A DNA stretch of 64,000 bases from the human T2T-CHM13v2.0 reference genome, Homo sapiens, in NCBI RefSeq assembly GCF_009914755.1, contig NC_060941.1; one strand, written 5' to 3'. The notes under the pieces were generated by a model, which was given only the letters and a program-made list of their open reading frames with translations, searched no databases and was not told where the DNA came from. The translations under genes and the position numbers were made by a program. Shown one piece after another: positions 15,324 to 31,330 of the stretch; position 1 is the first letter of the stretch; each line of letters begins with the position of its first letter.

Positions 15324-17181
15324 TTATGTTCTTATTTTGTTGGCTGCATGGGCTGAAAAAGTATGTCCATCTAAGTGTATCTTTCTTCCAGCTCCTGGAA
15401 GGTAGCAATTATGTAAGTAAGATGGCTGGAATACTTACCTACCTTATACCTGCCAGGTGCTATTCTAAGCACTCGATGTGTATTATGTCTTCACGGTAAC
15501 CCTCTGATACATTATTATTCTCATTTTACCAGTGATGAGGCTGGCACTGAGCAGAAAGTAACCTGGTTAAGGTAACCACCTGGAACATAGTAAAACTGGT
15601 ATCTGGCCCCAGGCATACTGTTATGTCATACTGTTTCCCACTAGTTATGAAATCCCTTTGCAACAACAACTTATCTATCTCAACCAGCAATTCTGGACTG
15701 TAAGTAGGGAAAAGAATGTATTGCAAGCTATGCACAAGGTAATGATTTTATAGTCATAATGATTCAAGATGGAGGAGGCCTAGACAATGACGGCCTAATT
15801 ATCTATAGCATTTTTTCTGGACCTGAGAGATCCAAAACTCAGCCTTTATTCAGACTAAGGATCTAGGAGAAAATCCCTGCCTCAATCAAAGAACAGAGAG
15901 TAATTCTCTGAGGGCCTTCAAGCGCTGAATAATTTATGTAGTGATTCATTCCCTTCTTGTGTGAAGCTTTTAGTTTCAAGCCTAAAGAAGATCCAGACAC
16001 ACAGGTGTTTTCCTAGAATCACAGAATATCAGAGTTGGAAGGACTTTAACTGTTCAAGTCAACATCCCCATTCCACATTCAACTCTTAGATCTCCATTCA
16101 ATTCTTAGATCTCCCAATACCACATTGACATCTGTCTCAACAGTTCTCAGCCCATTTTTCCATTCCCCCACACTCAATGGATAACATTCACATATGAAAT
16201 ACATTACCTCTGCTGATGAGATCAGATAGTTTGTGGGTTCTGTACAATTCCTGGCAGCTAAGCTTGCACCACACCTTTTATTTTCTGCTCAAAGTGAATC
16301 AATAATGCAAGTAATTAAGAGGGATGCTATTACAGGCTCAGCCTTGATTGTATTCTAGAGTGCATTTTAAAAGTTAAGAATTTGCATAGTTCGGTATCAT
16401 TATTAGCCAAAATTACTAGTAACACCCCACTCAGCTATTATTGGTACATAGGTTTTCCGGATGAAAAGTGCTGATCTAACCTATGGTTGAGATCCAGCCA
16501 CTGGAAGTTCCCCATTTCCGAGGGAAGCCCGTGGCAACTCAGGACAGTTTTTACTGTCAGCAAATTCTTCCTTTTATTCAGCAGAAAAATGTTTCTAATT
16601 GCAGCTGGCCGACAACAGCACTGGGAAATCCATTTGTCTCCTGCTCTGCATCTTCTCCTAGTGTTCACAGAAACTGTTCTAAATTTTCACAATTCTCTTC
16701 AAGTCTTTGACTCCACTTTCATTTCCCATGCTCAGCAGGTGACCTCCCCTGGGACATGCTAAGTGCTCAGAAAGTGTTTGCTTGGCTGAATATCTCTTCC
16801 TCTACAAAACAGTTGACATGAATGCCCCAGCTTCTAGCCCCTAACAAAATCTTGTGTTGCTTTTCTTGCCTCAATCTCAGAGGAAGGGGCTGCTCCCTTC
16901 TATACAGCTTATTCATCCACTTGGGCTTTAAATCTAATCCTGTTTGGCTAATTCAGAGACCTGCTTACTTTCTACCCAAGTGCCATTCCTCTTGGGTAGA
17001 AAGATTTCCTTTCCTCAAAGGATAACTTCATTCTGAGCAAGTGTTCCATTTTATAAATCTGAGCAGTGAATTTAAGTCTTATCAAAGAAACCCTTAAATC
17101 TTTCATTCACATGCTGGGCTATATTCTTAATTTCACTTGCATATCAGGATTACCTAGGGAGCTTTCAAAAATCCTGATGCT

Positions 17182-18351
<1,170 letters not shown>

Positions 18352-18747
18352 TCAAGATTGAGAACTACTAGTTTTAATTCAAGCCTTGCTGTTCAAAGTA
18401 TGGTCCTTGGATCATCATCATTACTATCATGTGAGTACTTGTTAAAAATGTAGAATCTCAGACTCCATCTATTGAATCAAAATCTACATTGTAACATGAT
18501 ACCTTAGTGATTCCTATGCATATTAATGTCTGAAAAGCAGTAGTCTAGACCAGACTCTAGAGCAGGAGGCAGCAAACTAAAATCCACAGGCCAAATCCAG
18601 CTCTCTATTTGCTTTTGCAAATAAAGTTTTATTGAACGCAGCCACATCCATTCCTTTACAAATTGTCTACGGCTGCTTTTCCACTACAATGGCAGAGCTG
18701 AGTAGTTGTAACAGAGACGTTATAGCTGACAGAGCCTAAAATATTTA

Positions 18748-19543
18748 TGAAGAGGGGCAGAATATGCTACCCGAAAATATGCCACTTTGACATGAGACTT
18801 CTAGCTGAAGGCACTTGAAAAACAAAAGATACAAGAAGTGCTTTGTAATCTTCCCCCTTTCTTTCAGAAAACAGGAGATAAAGATTCCCATGTGAAAGAT
18901 GCCCTCCCTGTACCAGGAGAAAAAGACAATTCTTTGGTGGAGAGTCATAGCTGAGAGAATTCTTTGCAAACAGACCTTGTTAAACTAATTATCTTCCTTT
19001 AGCCTCCACCACATAATTTAGTTACTTTTCCACAATTGCCTTTCTCTATTCAAACGAATAAGACCCTCCTATTTTCTTTCTTTTTTTTTTTTTTTTTTTT
19101 TGAGACAGAGCAGAGTCTCGCTCTGTCGCCCAGGCTGGAGTGCAGTGGCTGGATCTCCACTCACTGCAAGATCTGCCTCCCGGGGGTTCACGCCATTCTC
19201 CTGCCTCAGCCTCCCGAGTAGCTGGGACTACAGGCACCCGCCACCATGCCCGGCTAATTTTTTGTATTTTTAGTAGAGAAGGGGTTTCACCGTGTTAGCC
19301 AGGATGGTCTCGATTTCCTGACCTCATGATCCGCCCACCTCAGCCTCCCAAAGTGCTGGGATTACAGGCATGAGCCACCGTGCCCAGCCAAGACCCTCCT
19401 ATTTTCTTAGGAAGGCTCCTGTGTCAACCAAAACTTGTATTAAACGTGTATGTTGTTCTTCTGTTAATCTATTTCATGTCACTTTCATTTGCAGACTCAG
19501 CCAGGGATCCTAAAAAGGTAGAAATAAAGTTTTGCCTTCCTAA
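18748..19543 (+). mobile_element. MER34/MER39-like LTR inserted in MER58A, itself holding an Alu
   Basis: TGAAGAGGGGCAGAATATGCTACCCGAAAATATGCCACTTTG start; splits MER58A at aatattta|tactatctgg. Confidence 0.7.
19079..19389 (-). mobile_element. AluY-like inside the MER34-like LTR
   Basis: 19-bp TSD AAGACCCTCCTATTTTCTT (19060, 19390). Confidence 0.92.
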
Positions 19544-20069
19544 ATATACTATCTGGTCTTTTACAGAAAAAGTTTGCTGTCCACTGCTCTAGAGAATGGA
19601 ATGGCTAGATCCAGCCAGAAAAGCATCTCTGGGCTTTCCTTAGCTCATGGGCAGAAGGGAGGACAAGATGTATCTGCCCTTTTGCTGGTGGTGTCCCTTA
19701 AGAAGCAGGTTCTTCTGGCGCACAATCCTTTTATAACCATTGCTAGGGTCATCGTGCCAAAGTAAGCCTGCTGTTTTTGAGTTTCTAATAGAATTAATTC
19801 TGGATATAATCTCTGAGGAACAGACGGGCTGGCACAAGTCCACCCTCAGAATCATGCTCAGACACAAGCAGACACCTTATGTCATTTAAATGATGTTGCA
19901 GAATCACTTGACTAATGCAATATTGTGATGTCTGTACTGGAAAAACAGGATGGCATGATTCAGGAAGATGAGCTCTAGTGCCTGGCAACCAGCTTATCTC
20001 CTCCACTCTTACTTTCCCTCAAAAATAAGGTTTCTTTCTTTTCTCTCCTTATATTTCAGCTTGATTGCA

Positions 20070-20378
<309 letters not shown>

Positions 20379-20803
20379 TGATTGCATTTTTTAAAAAATG
20401 TGTGTCTATCACATTAATTAACCACACAGTCCCAGTCAGAAAGTTAGAACTTACTGTTTTCCCAGTAAATGGGAACATGAAGCCAGCCTGCTTTGTGTGT
20501 CACACTTTTGCAAGAAAACCAGCTCAGCCTAGGTTCTGATCTTTCCTCTGTAATCACAGAGCAGAGAGAAGCCAACCAGCTCATGGCATTTTAATCTGTG
20601 CTTTTGCCCCAGTGGACACCACATAGCAATACTTCTCAAACTCAAATGTACTGGAAATCACCGGAGGATCTTGTTACTTGTCTTGTTACTGACAGGTTCT
20701 ATTCAGTAGTTTGGGGACTGAGCCTGATATTTGGCATTTCTAGCATGGTCCCAGGTGATACTGATGATCCTAGCACCAAGGCTTGAATAGCAACGGTCTA
20801 GGG

Positions 20804-21024
20804 CAGAAGGTAGCAAAGCATGGCCTATGGCCAAAGCCAGCCAGCTGCCTTTTCTGTAAATAAAATTTTGTCAGAACACAGTCACTCCCATTCATCTAAC
20901 GTATTGTCTGTGGCTGCTTTCATGCCACAACCACAGAGTTGAATAGTTATGACAGAGACTACATGGCCTGCCAGTCTTATACTATGTACTATCTGATCCT
21001 TTACAGAAGAAGTTTGCAGCATTG
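20804..21024 (+). mobile_element. MER58A (hAT-Charlie), flanked by MER5-type fragments
   Basis: gccaaagccagccagctgcc...gtaaataaaattttg...ttacagaagaagtttgc, homologous to the 18563 copy. Confidence 0.72.
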
Positions 21025-21286
21025 ATTCTCCAGGGTGGTCCAAAGATAGCCTGCATCAACATCATTTGGAGATTTTGTTACCAATGTTTATTTCCAGTAT
21101 TATTGGAGACCTACTCCTGAGACAGTCTCTGCAAGGGGCTGGGAAGCCCTACAATTTTCAAGCTTCTCGGATGATGCTGATGAGCCACACTTTGAGGAAT
21201 AAAGCTGTACTCTGTTTCACTGAGGGAACCGATCACTGATGGAGAGGATGTTTTCCTGGTATTCTAGTATGTAATGCATTTCTTTC

Positions 21287-21388
21287 CTTTTTTTTTTTTT
21301 TTTGAGACAGTCTTGCTCTGTCACGCAGGCTGGAGTGCAGTTGGTGTGATCATAGCTCACTGCAGCCTCGAACTCCTGGGTTCAAGCG
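21287..21388 (-). mobile_element. 5'-truncated Alu (3' ~85 nt plus tail)
   Basis: T-run, gagacagtcttgctctgtcacgcaggctggagtgcag; GT(A/G)ATGCA(T/G)TTCTTT duplicated on both sides. Confidence 0.85.
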
Positions 21389-21401
21389 GTGATGCAGTTC
21401 T

Positions 21402-21483
21402 TTTTTTAATTTTAATTTAATTTTTTTTAAAGCTGCTCCTTGCAGAGCAGGGCTACCCCACAGGCAGTGTGCCCAGAGTAGCT
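21402..21483 (-). mobile_element. Short retroposed LTR-like RNA (~53 nt body plus A-rich tail) with TSD
   Basis: Minus strand AGCTACTCTGGGCACACTGCCTGTGGGGTAGCCCTGCTCTGCAAGGAGCAGCT + A-rich tail; flanking 16-bp direct repeats match 13/16 (21386-21401, 21484-21499). Confidence 0.7.
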
Positions 21484-21621
21484 GTGGTGATACATTTCTC
21501 TATATGGAACGCATACATGCTTACATGCATAAACCTGGGTCTCTCTGAGGCCCTTTGAGCCTTGCACACCTTTCTTTCCTGCCATTCAAAGTCTGAATGG
21601 AACGTGGGCTATTAGAATCAA

Positions 21622-22070
21622 TGTGGTATCAGCTGGGTCTCCAGGAAATGTATTTGCAGTAAGTTTATCCGGGAGTGCTCTTGGATTAACGCCTGCAGAG
21701 GGGAACAGAAGAGCAAGAAAGGAGAAAGAAAGAGAAAGGGTATAGGACTGGGAGAAGAAGATAGGCTGCAATCGTCTCAAGAGAGACTTTAGCCAATGCC
21801 ATGGGAAGCTCTGAAGCTGGCATAACTCTCAGACTTGTCCCCAAATAGGGTGAGGGAGCCAGACCTTTGTAACCGCTGCCTCTTCCACAGCTGCCCTAAA
21901 GATAGGACTTGCCTTTGGCCCGGATTGGCTCTCTTTAGCCAAGACAATTCCTGAAGAGGACTGAGAGCTGAGGGCTGTCTTCCCATGCAGCATTCCCAGC
22001 AGCTTGGGAAACAAATCCTTCCTTTATTCCAGCAGCGTGATCTGGGAAGTGCCTTACAACCTCCACTCCA
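21622..22070 (-). mobile_element. ERVL LTR16-like fragment
   Basis: agccaatgccatgggaagctctgaagctgg...cagacttgtccccaaatagggtgagggagccagacctttgta core; tentative. Confidence 0.5.
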
Positions 22071-23438
22071 TAAGGTGTCACTTTTGTTAATACTAAGTTA
22101 CCATTTATCAGATGCCAAGCAATAAGCTTGCTTATTTCATCCTCACAGTAGCCTTATGAGGTTGGAGTTATTAGCTTAATTCTGAAGATGACAAAACAGA
22201 GACTCAGGGAGGTTAAGACGATTTCCTAAGGCCCCACAGCAAGCAAGGGATCAAGCGGTGATTCCAACCTTGGTTTTCTGACTTCAAAGGTTTTCTGATT
22301 TTCCATTACACCAGCATTTCCCAATGTGTATTCCTCAGAACAGATGTTAATAGGTGTTACATAAAAGAGAGAACAAAGACTGTCAAAAGGCTTTGGAAAT
22401 CTTGCGTTAAACATAAACAAGTTGTCTTACAGTAGTTCTTCTCAGAACCCTTAACATGCTAACACACAGCGTGACTCTGCAAGAGAGATATTAATGTGCA
22501 TTACTTCCCAACCTCATTTAAAACAGAATTGCTTTGTTGCAGCTGATGATGCATTGGGACATGATGCATGGCCCTGATCAGTCTCCTTCTGAAGGCTCTT
22601 TCCATGGGAAAATTGAAGATGGGATAATTCTCCTTTAAAATGTGCAGTCCTTAAGGAGTCTGACAACTCCTTGACGCTCCTCCACTTTCTCTCTTGCCAG
22701 GAAGGAAACTTTCACAGGGCTTTCTTACATAAGGAATGGAATGTAGAGTTTACACTTTGTTGCCTTTGGTCCTGATTTAGAAATAACCAGTGCAGGATGT
22801 CCTGGTTGGAGGATGGGGATAGAGAAGCGGGTTAGCCTCTGAGCAAGGCTTGCACTATCATGCTGGTATAAGGAGGCCTTTCCACATCCCCATCCAAGCT
22901 TTGCCATGACCAGGTCCCCATTTCCCATAGCTGATGTTCTGGATGGGGGTTGTCAGGCACTCCCTCTGCACCAGAGGCTCTGGTTTTAGTGCTACATCTT
23001 GAAGTTGACATGTATACTGTATATAATTTAAAAACTTACAATGACAACAAACAATACTGGCAACTTTAAATCCCCTCTAAAGAAGGTTGGAGATGCCTCC
23101 ATTGGGAATATTTTTTAGTGTTTTATTTTAGGTTAGTTTGTCTGTAAAATAAAGATGAAAAATCAATCACAATGCAAAGTTACTTTTGCTAAAAACCTTT
23201 TCTTTAGCGAGAAAATGCTGAGGACGGGCAGAGGGTGGGCAGGCAGATGGGAGTACAGCCTTCTGCTCTGCGGCTGGGCTTATTACCCAGGTCTGCGGGT
23301 CGCCTGCACGGCAATTTGCCTCCAGGCAAACTTCCACCTGAAATGTAGGGTAATCGAGGCCTGCCCGGAACTTGTGGAAATCAAACCAAGGGCTCACTTT
23401 CAACAATTCTGGTAGAGGATTAGAATCCATGTCAACTC

Positions 23439-24152
23439 TGTTACCAGAAGGATGGCCTTGAGTGTACGATGTCCAGGTTCTTGGCGTTTTGAACAAAGAA
23501 CTGGACAAAATGCAAAGCAAAGTAACGAAGATGACACAGGAACAAAGAGGCAAAAACAGGAATTTATTAAAGCGAGAAAGCACTCCACAGGGTGGGGGTG
23601 GGCCGGAGCAAGCGGCTCAAGGGCCTGGTTACAAAGTTTTCTGGGTTTTAAGTGTGCCTTTTGAGGTTCTTATCCATTACCCCTTATCTGGATGAAGGAT
23701 TTGGTCCGTGGCTAATTAAAGGCTGAGGTGAATTGGTTCTCTGTGCAGATGAAGGGATTGTCCCTGCTTGGCCTGAGGCCAATCCAAGGCACTCTCCCTT
23801 TACGTCTGAGACGTGGTGGAAGAAGGAGGGTTGTAGGGAGAGTAACCTTTGACCCTTTGCTACTGGGGCTTGGGGAGATGGGGTTTTACCTTTTGGTTTA
23901 GCTTTATGAAGTTTGCATTAATTAGCCTTAGGGTCCCTGCCCCCAGACCCAGGTGTTTTCCTTTTGATCCACCTTTGGGAAGTCAGCATGGATTGACCTT
24001 AGACTCCCTGCCCCCAGACCTTTGTGTTTTCTCTTTTAGAAAGTCAGCACAAATTGGCCTCAGATTCCCTGCCCCCAAACCTTGGTGTTTTTCCTTCATT
24101 CAACACGAATTGGCCTTAAGTTCTCCATCTCCAGACCCTATTCTCCTGCCTC
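23439..24152 (-). mobile_element. Solo ERV1 LTR, MER51/MER61-like
   Basis: Minus strand begins GAGGCAGGAGAATAGGGTCTGGAG and ends AACGCCAAGAACCTGGACA...GGTAACA; internal ~60-75-bp repeats at 23930-24140. Confidence 0.75.
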
Positions 24153-25159
24153 TTAACCACGGAAAGGTGCTGGCCTGGTCACTTGCTAATCTTAGGATGG
24201 AAAGACTCTTTGTTGGGTATGATTTTGGAGACTGAACAGATTTAAGCAGAATTCTTGTGCACCCCCCTCACCAATCTCACTTCTGCTAACATGTAGGTAG
24301 TTGAAGATTTACAGAGTGTATTTCCTACTCTTGGTGGAAAATGAAATTCAGGAAGTGAAGGTTGAGACTTGAACTTAGCATGCCAATCCTGACCATTTCT
24401 GGCCTGAGGGATGACTCACCCTTTAAAGTTTCCCCAAATGTCCCCCTGCTCCAACCCTGAACGTCCTGCCTCAGATCACAAGGGGTCTCAGCACTTGGTT
24501 ACCAGATGAACAGACTCCTAGGGTGGAAGGAAGGCAGGGAGCAGCTATGGGGGATACTTTTAAAGTAAGACCATATAAAACTTTAGAAGGAAAGTGATTT
24601 GCCCAGCCTTGAGAGACTTTCTTTAAAAAATTCATAATTGAATAAAATAGAACAGATTGGTTGTGAAACCGATTATTTTGAGTGCTGGTTACAGCAAGTC
24701 TAAGTTGGAAAAGATCTTATAATTTTGTGAAACTCTTAATTTCACAAGAGAAGGGCCCAGAGAGGTAAAAATTATGTCTCTTAGGCCCCACAGTCGTTAA
24801 TTGTAGAGGATTGAACAAATGTCTAGATATACTCAGACCACTTGACTGCTTCCCCTTCCTACCATCAAAACAAAATGAACTGACCCCTCAATCAAAAACT
24901 GAGATATATTCTGGTAGGAATGACATCATTTTATTATTATAAAACTTCCTAAAAGGTGGAGTTTCAGCAATAGCAGTAACTGCATTAATGAATATTTAAG
25001 AAGTAATAAAGGGAAGGCTTGAATTGTGTGAACCACGAAAGCACTAAATAATCTAGAATTCAGGTAGGGGTTTTTGATTATAAGCTTGCATCAGGTCTGT
25101 TTTTGGCATTTCTTGGAAATGAAGTAATTCACTGCAGGCTTGTCAAGAATTGGTCTTGG

Positions 25160-25476
<317 letters not shown>

Positions 25477-26547
25477 TCATGTTCTCTGCTTGAGAAATCT
25501 CCATTATATAATGGAATATTTTGAGTAGCAAGGCAAAGTGACTAGGAATGACAGCTTGCTTCAACTGCTGTCTGATCCAGGGCAAGCTTTTCAGTTTCTT
25601 CATCACTGAAGTGAGAAGAATATTACTGACTATCTCATAGAGCTGTGGAGATTAAATGAGTTGCTAATATAATGTCTTAACAGCCCTGCCTGGCACTAGT
25701 ACACACTCTGTAAAGATTAGCTGTTATTATTACCAAGAAAGGTTGCAGTACTTAAACTTTCTTAAGTGGTCTTTTGATAAAGATCCCCAGGACATGGTAA
25801 GAAAAAGGACGGTTAGTCTCTGTATGTAATGGTGATAGACAGGGAAACAACAACCACAAGAAAATCTCAGATCAGTGATTTCTGTTGGAGACCAGATTAT
25901 TCAGTACCGAGACTGGAAAGAAGGAGTGTCTCTCCTATCAGGTTTGGGGTTAAAGTTTCAAATTGTAATTCAATTCATTAAAACATTGCCAAATATGGCT
26001 ATTGGACAGGTATTGTGCCAAATACCCAGGAATGGGAGACAAGGATGGTGAGCTTACACACTACAGTCTAGTGACCTGGAAAATTCCATGACACTGGCTG
26101 AAGGGAATCACTCTATTTACTCTCGTTATTGCTGTTATTTGTAAGCTTCCAGAGCTTTATTTATTTTTCTTTTAGTTCTTTAATTATTCTCAAAGTTCAA
26201 ACAGAGTTAGATCCACAGGATAAAACAGCAGATAAGGCCATCTACAGAAGGGACTTACGAGGATGTGGCTAGATAATATTCAATGAGTGATGTGTTAACA
26301 TTCTTTCCACCCATCCAGTTGTCATCTGAAAAACAACCTCAGGTCAGGAAATTAGCTCAGGGTAGACATGAGAAGCTAAGGTTTCTTCATAGGAGGTTTT
26401 TGCTTTGTCTGGAGATCAGTATTATCACTACTAATTTTTTCCTCCTATATGATAATTTATCACATGTCACACAGATGGGCTCAAACCCTGGCTTCCCCTA
26501 ATAGTGGCTATGAGGCTTGAGACAATCAGTCTCTCAGTTTCCATATC

Positions 26548-27330
<783 letters not shown>

Positions 27331-27451
27331 TATCTGTTAAAGGGGATGTAATATCTATTTCACAGATTGTTGTGAGGGTAAGATAACCAGGAAAAGGCCT
27401 GGTATATAGTAGGTGCTCAGTTAATGCTATGTTTTTTTCTCCCTGGCATAA

Positions 27452-27777
<326 letters not shown>

Positions 27778-28591
27778 AAAAGTTCTTATATTTCCTTTAA
27801 GGCCCAAGTAAAGGAGTGTGATGAAAGGGACCGGATAATTCTTTTCCTATTTCTGTGCCTCTTTTGATTTCTCTGTTATAACTTCTCTAATTAATGCTTG
27901 GCTCTTCAAATTATTTACGGGAGGAAGTATTCCAGAGGATATGGTCGGGTGTTGGGAGGGGGAGGTGGGGGAGATGGGCAGGATGAGGGTAGAAGACAGA
28001 AACAGACATCCAGTTAGTTATATGTTGCTAAGCCTAAGAATATTTGCTGGCTGAAGGATCTGTTAACTTTTTCCAAAACAGTAATAGTGCTTACTGCAGA
28101 GATAGCGATCTTTGAAACTTGACCCTCCTTATTGCAAAAGCCCCAAGTGTTCAGATCTGGGCCATCAGGACTGGAAAATGAAGATGTTTTACCTCACTTC
28201 ATCCTTTTCTTCTTCTAGGGCAGCTACTTCATGCCAATATGCAGTAGGATAGGGCAAAAGGTTGTGTTTTTCTTCTGTAACTTAAAGGAAATAATGTATT
28301 TTAAAGGATCCTGAGAAAGACCATATTTATTCTTGAATTCTTGTGGAATGTAAGTGGTATAAGGGCTTCTGGGGAAGCCAACTGTAGTAAGTCCCTCTCT
28401 TTAGAAAGCAAATGTCTAGACAGCTGGAGGGACCTGTCTATCCAGGGTCATAAACAAGTTGGTTTAGAGTAGGGACTAAAATCTTGATCACTTTACATCT
28501 AGCTAAGTATGTTCTTTTGTGCTTTACAGATCAACTGGTGTAAAGCTGATTTTCCAAACTTCGAGTTTTAAGGGAAATGGATAGGATACTC

Positions 28592-28901
<310 letters not shown>

Positions 28902-29059
28902 CAGGATACTCTTACTAAAGGGTTTCTGGAAGTTTCTTTTGGGAGCAGCACTCATTGAGTAACCGTCTACTCTGTGCAAAGCCCAATATTGAGCACTATG
29001 AAGGAGAAATGAAAGAAACAAAAGTCATGGAATAGGGACCCTGGAAAAAGGAAAAATGG

Positions 29060-29503
29060 ATACCTGAAAATATTATGCGGGTTTATTTGGGTTGGGGTGA
29101 TCACTGATAGATAGATGCAATGGATTGAAGGATGATCCCCCAAAAGACACGCCCATGTCCTTATCTCCAGAAACTGTGACTATTATTTTATGTTGTAAAA
29201 TATTGAACATGACTTTATATGACATAAGATATGATTAAGTTAAATCTTGACAGTAGGAGTTTTTCCTGGAGTACCCAGATGGACCCTAAATGCAATCACA
29301 AGTATGAAGAGAGGCAGGAGAAGTTTTGAGAGAGAAGAAGAGGCAGCAGTATGACCAGGTAGGTTAAGATTTCAGTGATGTGATCACAAGCCAAGGAACT
29401 CCTGGAACCACCAAAAGGTAGAAGAGGCAAGCAATAGATTTTCTCCTGCAGCCTTCGGAGGGAGTACAGCCCCTCTGACACCTTGATTTCATACTCCTGG
29501 CTT
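29060..29503 (-). other. SMIM36: Putative SMIM36 terminal exon, largely antisense MLT1 LTR
   Basis: Acceptor tttttttttctttcatattctAG|AAG (AG 29505-29504); minus-strand AATAAA at 29087-29082. 3' end approximate; gene assignment from recall. Confidence 0.45.
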
Positions 29504-29592
29504 CTAGAATATGAAAGAAAAAAAATTTCTGTTGTTTTAAGACACTCATTGTGTGCTAAATTGTTACAGCAGTCAAGTGAAAACTAACAGCA
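29116..29592 (+). mobile_element. MLT1 (MaLR) LTR, MLT1D-like
   Basis: tgcaatggattgaaggatgatcccccaaaaga...gattttctcctgcagccttcggagggagtacagccc...ttgttacagcag...aaactaaca. Confidence 0.8.
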
Positions 29593-30082
29593 TATCTAAT
29601 CTTTGACCTTTTACATTTCCTCGTTGCTTTCTCTCAAGGGGTGTGGGGCAAATTCCTTATTCTTTTCTATCTAGTTCTGCTGCCATCAGAAGCATAGAAC
29701 ATGGATCTCACAGTGTTGCAAGTAGATCACTTAGTCTCCTTTGGTTTCATTTCACAGAGAACATGGTGGAGGCTCAGAGAAGTGAAGCGACTTGCCCACA
29801 TTTACACAGTTGCTGAGTGTGAGCCCAGACGTGGAACCCGGGTGCAATACCCAGATAGTACTCCTTGCTTTCTGCTTACAGCCTAGAGAGAGGGAACTTG
29901 CAGCTGAGTTAGGAGACAGAGGCTCACAAGCACAAGGCAATACTGGCAGAGCGTAGACAACAGGTTTAGGCACCCGTGAGTCTACACAGTAACACTGGAG
30001 AGTCCACCAACTTTACCTCCAAGAAGACATCTCTAATCTGCCCACTTCTTTCCATCTCCTTTGCCAGCAACTCTCTGCTTAA

Positions 30083-30389
<307 letters not shown>

Positions 30390-31020
30390 CCTAATGGCTT
30401 CTTATCATCCATAGACTAAGACCCTAATTCCAGATGGTGGCATAACAGGACCCTATATGATCCAATACTCGCACCTTCTCCAACCTCATTTTCTACCAGT
30501 GTCTCCATCCATCACCCTCCTTCAGCACCTCCAGCTGGCTGACCTTGGGTTGCCCTTGAAGCAGGCCAAGATCTTTCTTGTCTTTGTGTCTTTGCACTTG
30601 CTCTTGTCTGCCTGGAATACTTTCCCCATGGCTCTTCCTGTGGCTGACTTATGTTTTATCTTCAAGTTCCAGCTCACATAGCTCCCCACAGAGGCTTTGA
30701 AGTGGCTGTTTCCTCCATATGTTTCTTATCACAGGCTGAAACAGTCTTGTTTATTTGTTGAGTGTCTTCTCTTGTCACTAGATTAAAAATGCTATGAAAA
30801 TTCTTGAGAAAGATACACCCTCTTTGTACCTGGCACAGTGCCTGACAGTGTAGGTACTTAATAAATATCTGTTGAATGAATGAATTTACCAGTTTTCCTA
30901 AACTGGGCTACCTAAGGAATTTACTATATATTTCCTGCACAAAAGATTTAAGACTCTTTCTTTCCTCCTGAACAATGCATATCAAAGGCTCTGAAAAATT
31001 CTAAAGAAAACTAAATTTAG

Positions 31021-31330
31021 ACTGTATGCAGGGGCTGATGCCTGTAATCCTAGCATTTTGGGAGGCCAAGGCAGGAGGACCACTTGAGGCCAGGAGTTCG
31101 AGACCAGTCTGGGCAGCATAGTGAGACCTTGTCGCCACAAAAAATAAAAAGATTTTAAAAATTAGACAGGCAAGGTGGTGGGTGCCCTCAGCAACTTGGG
31201 AGGCTGAGGAGGGAGGATCACTTGAGCCCAGGAGTTTGAGGCTGCAGTAAGCTATGATTGGGCCACTGTACTCCAGCCTGGGTGACAGCATAAGACTCAA
31301 TCTCTACAAAAAAAAAAAAAAAAAAAAAAG
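31021..31330 (+). mobile_element. AluJ-like
   Basis: Diverged Alu match and A-tail. Confidence 0.85.

Larger units (their letters stand above)
18563..19586 (+). mobile_element. MER58A (hAT-Charlie), split by an LTR
   Basis: Termini CAGGAGGCAGCAAAC / GTTTGCTGTCCACTG with perfect 8-bp TSD CTCTAGAG (18555-18562, 19587-19594). Confidence 0.85.
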
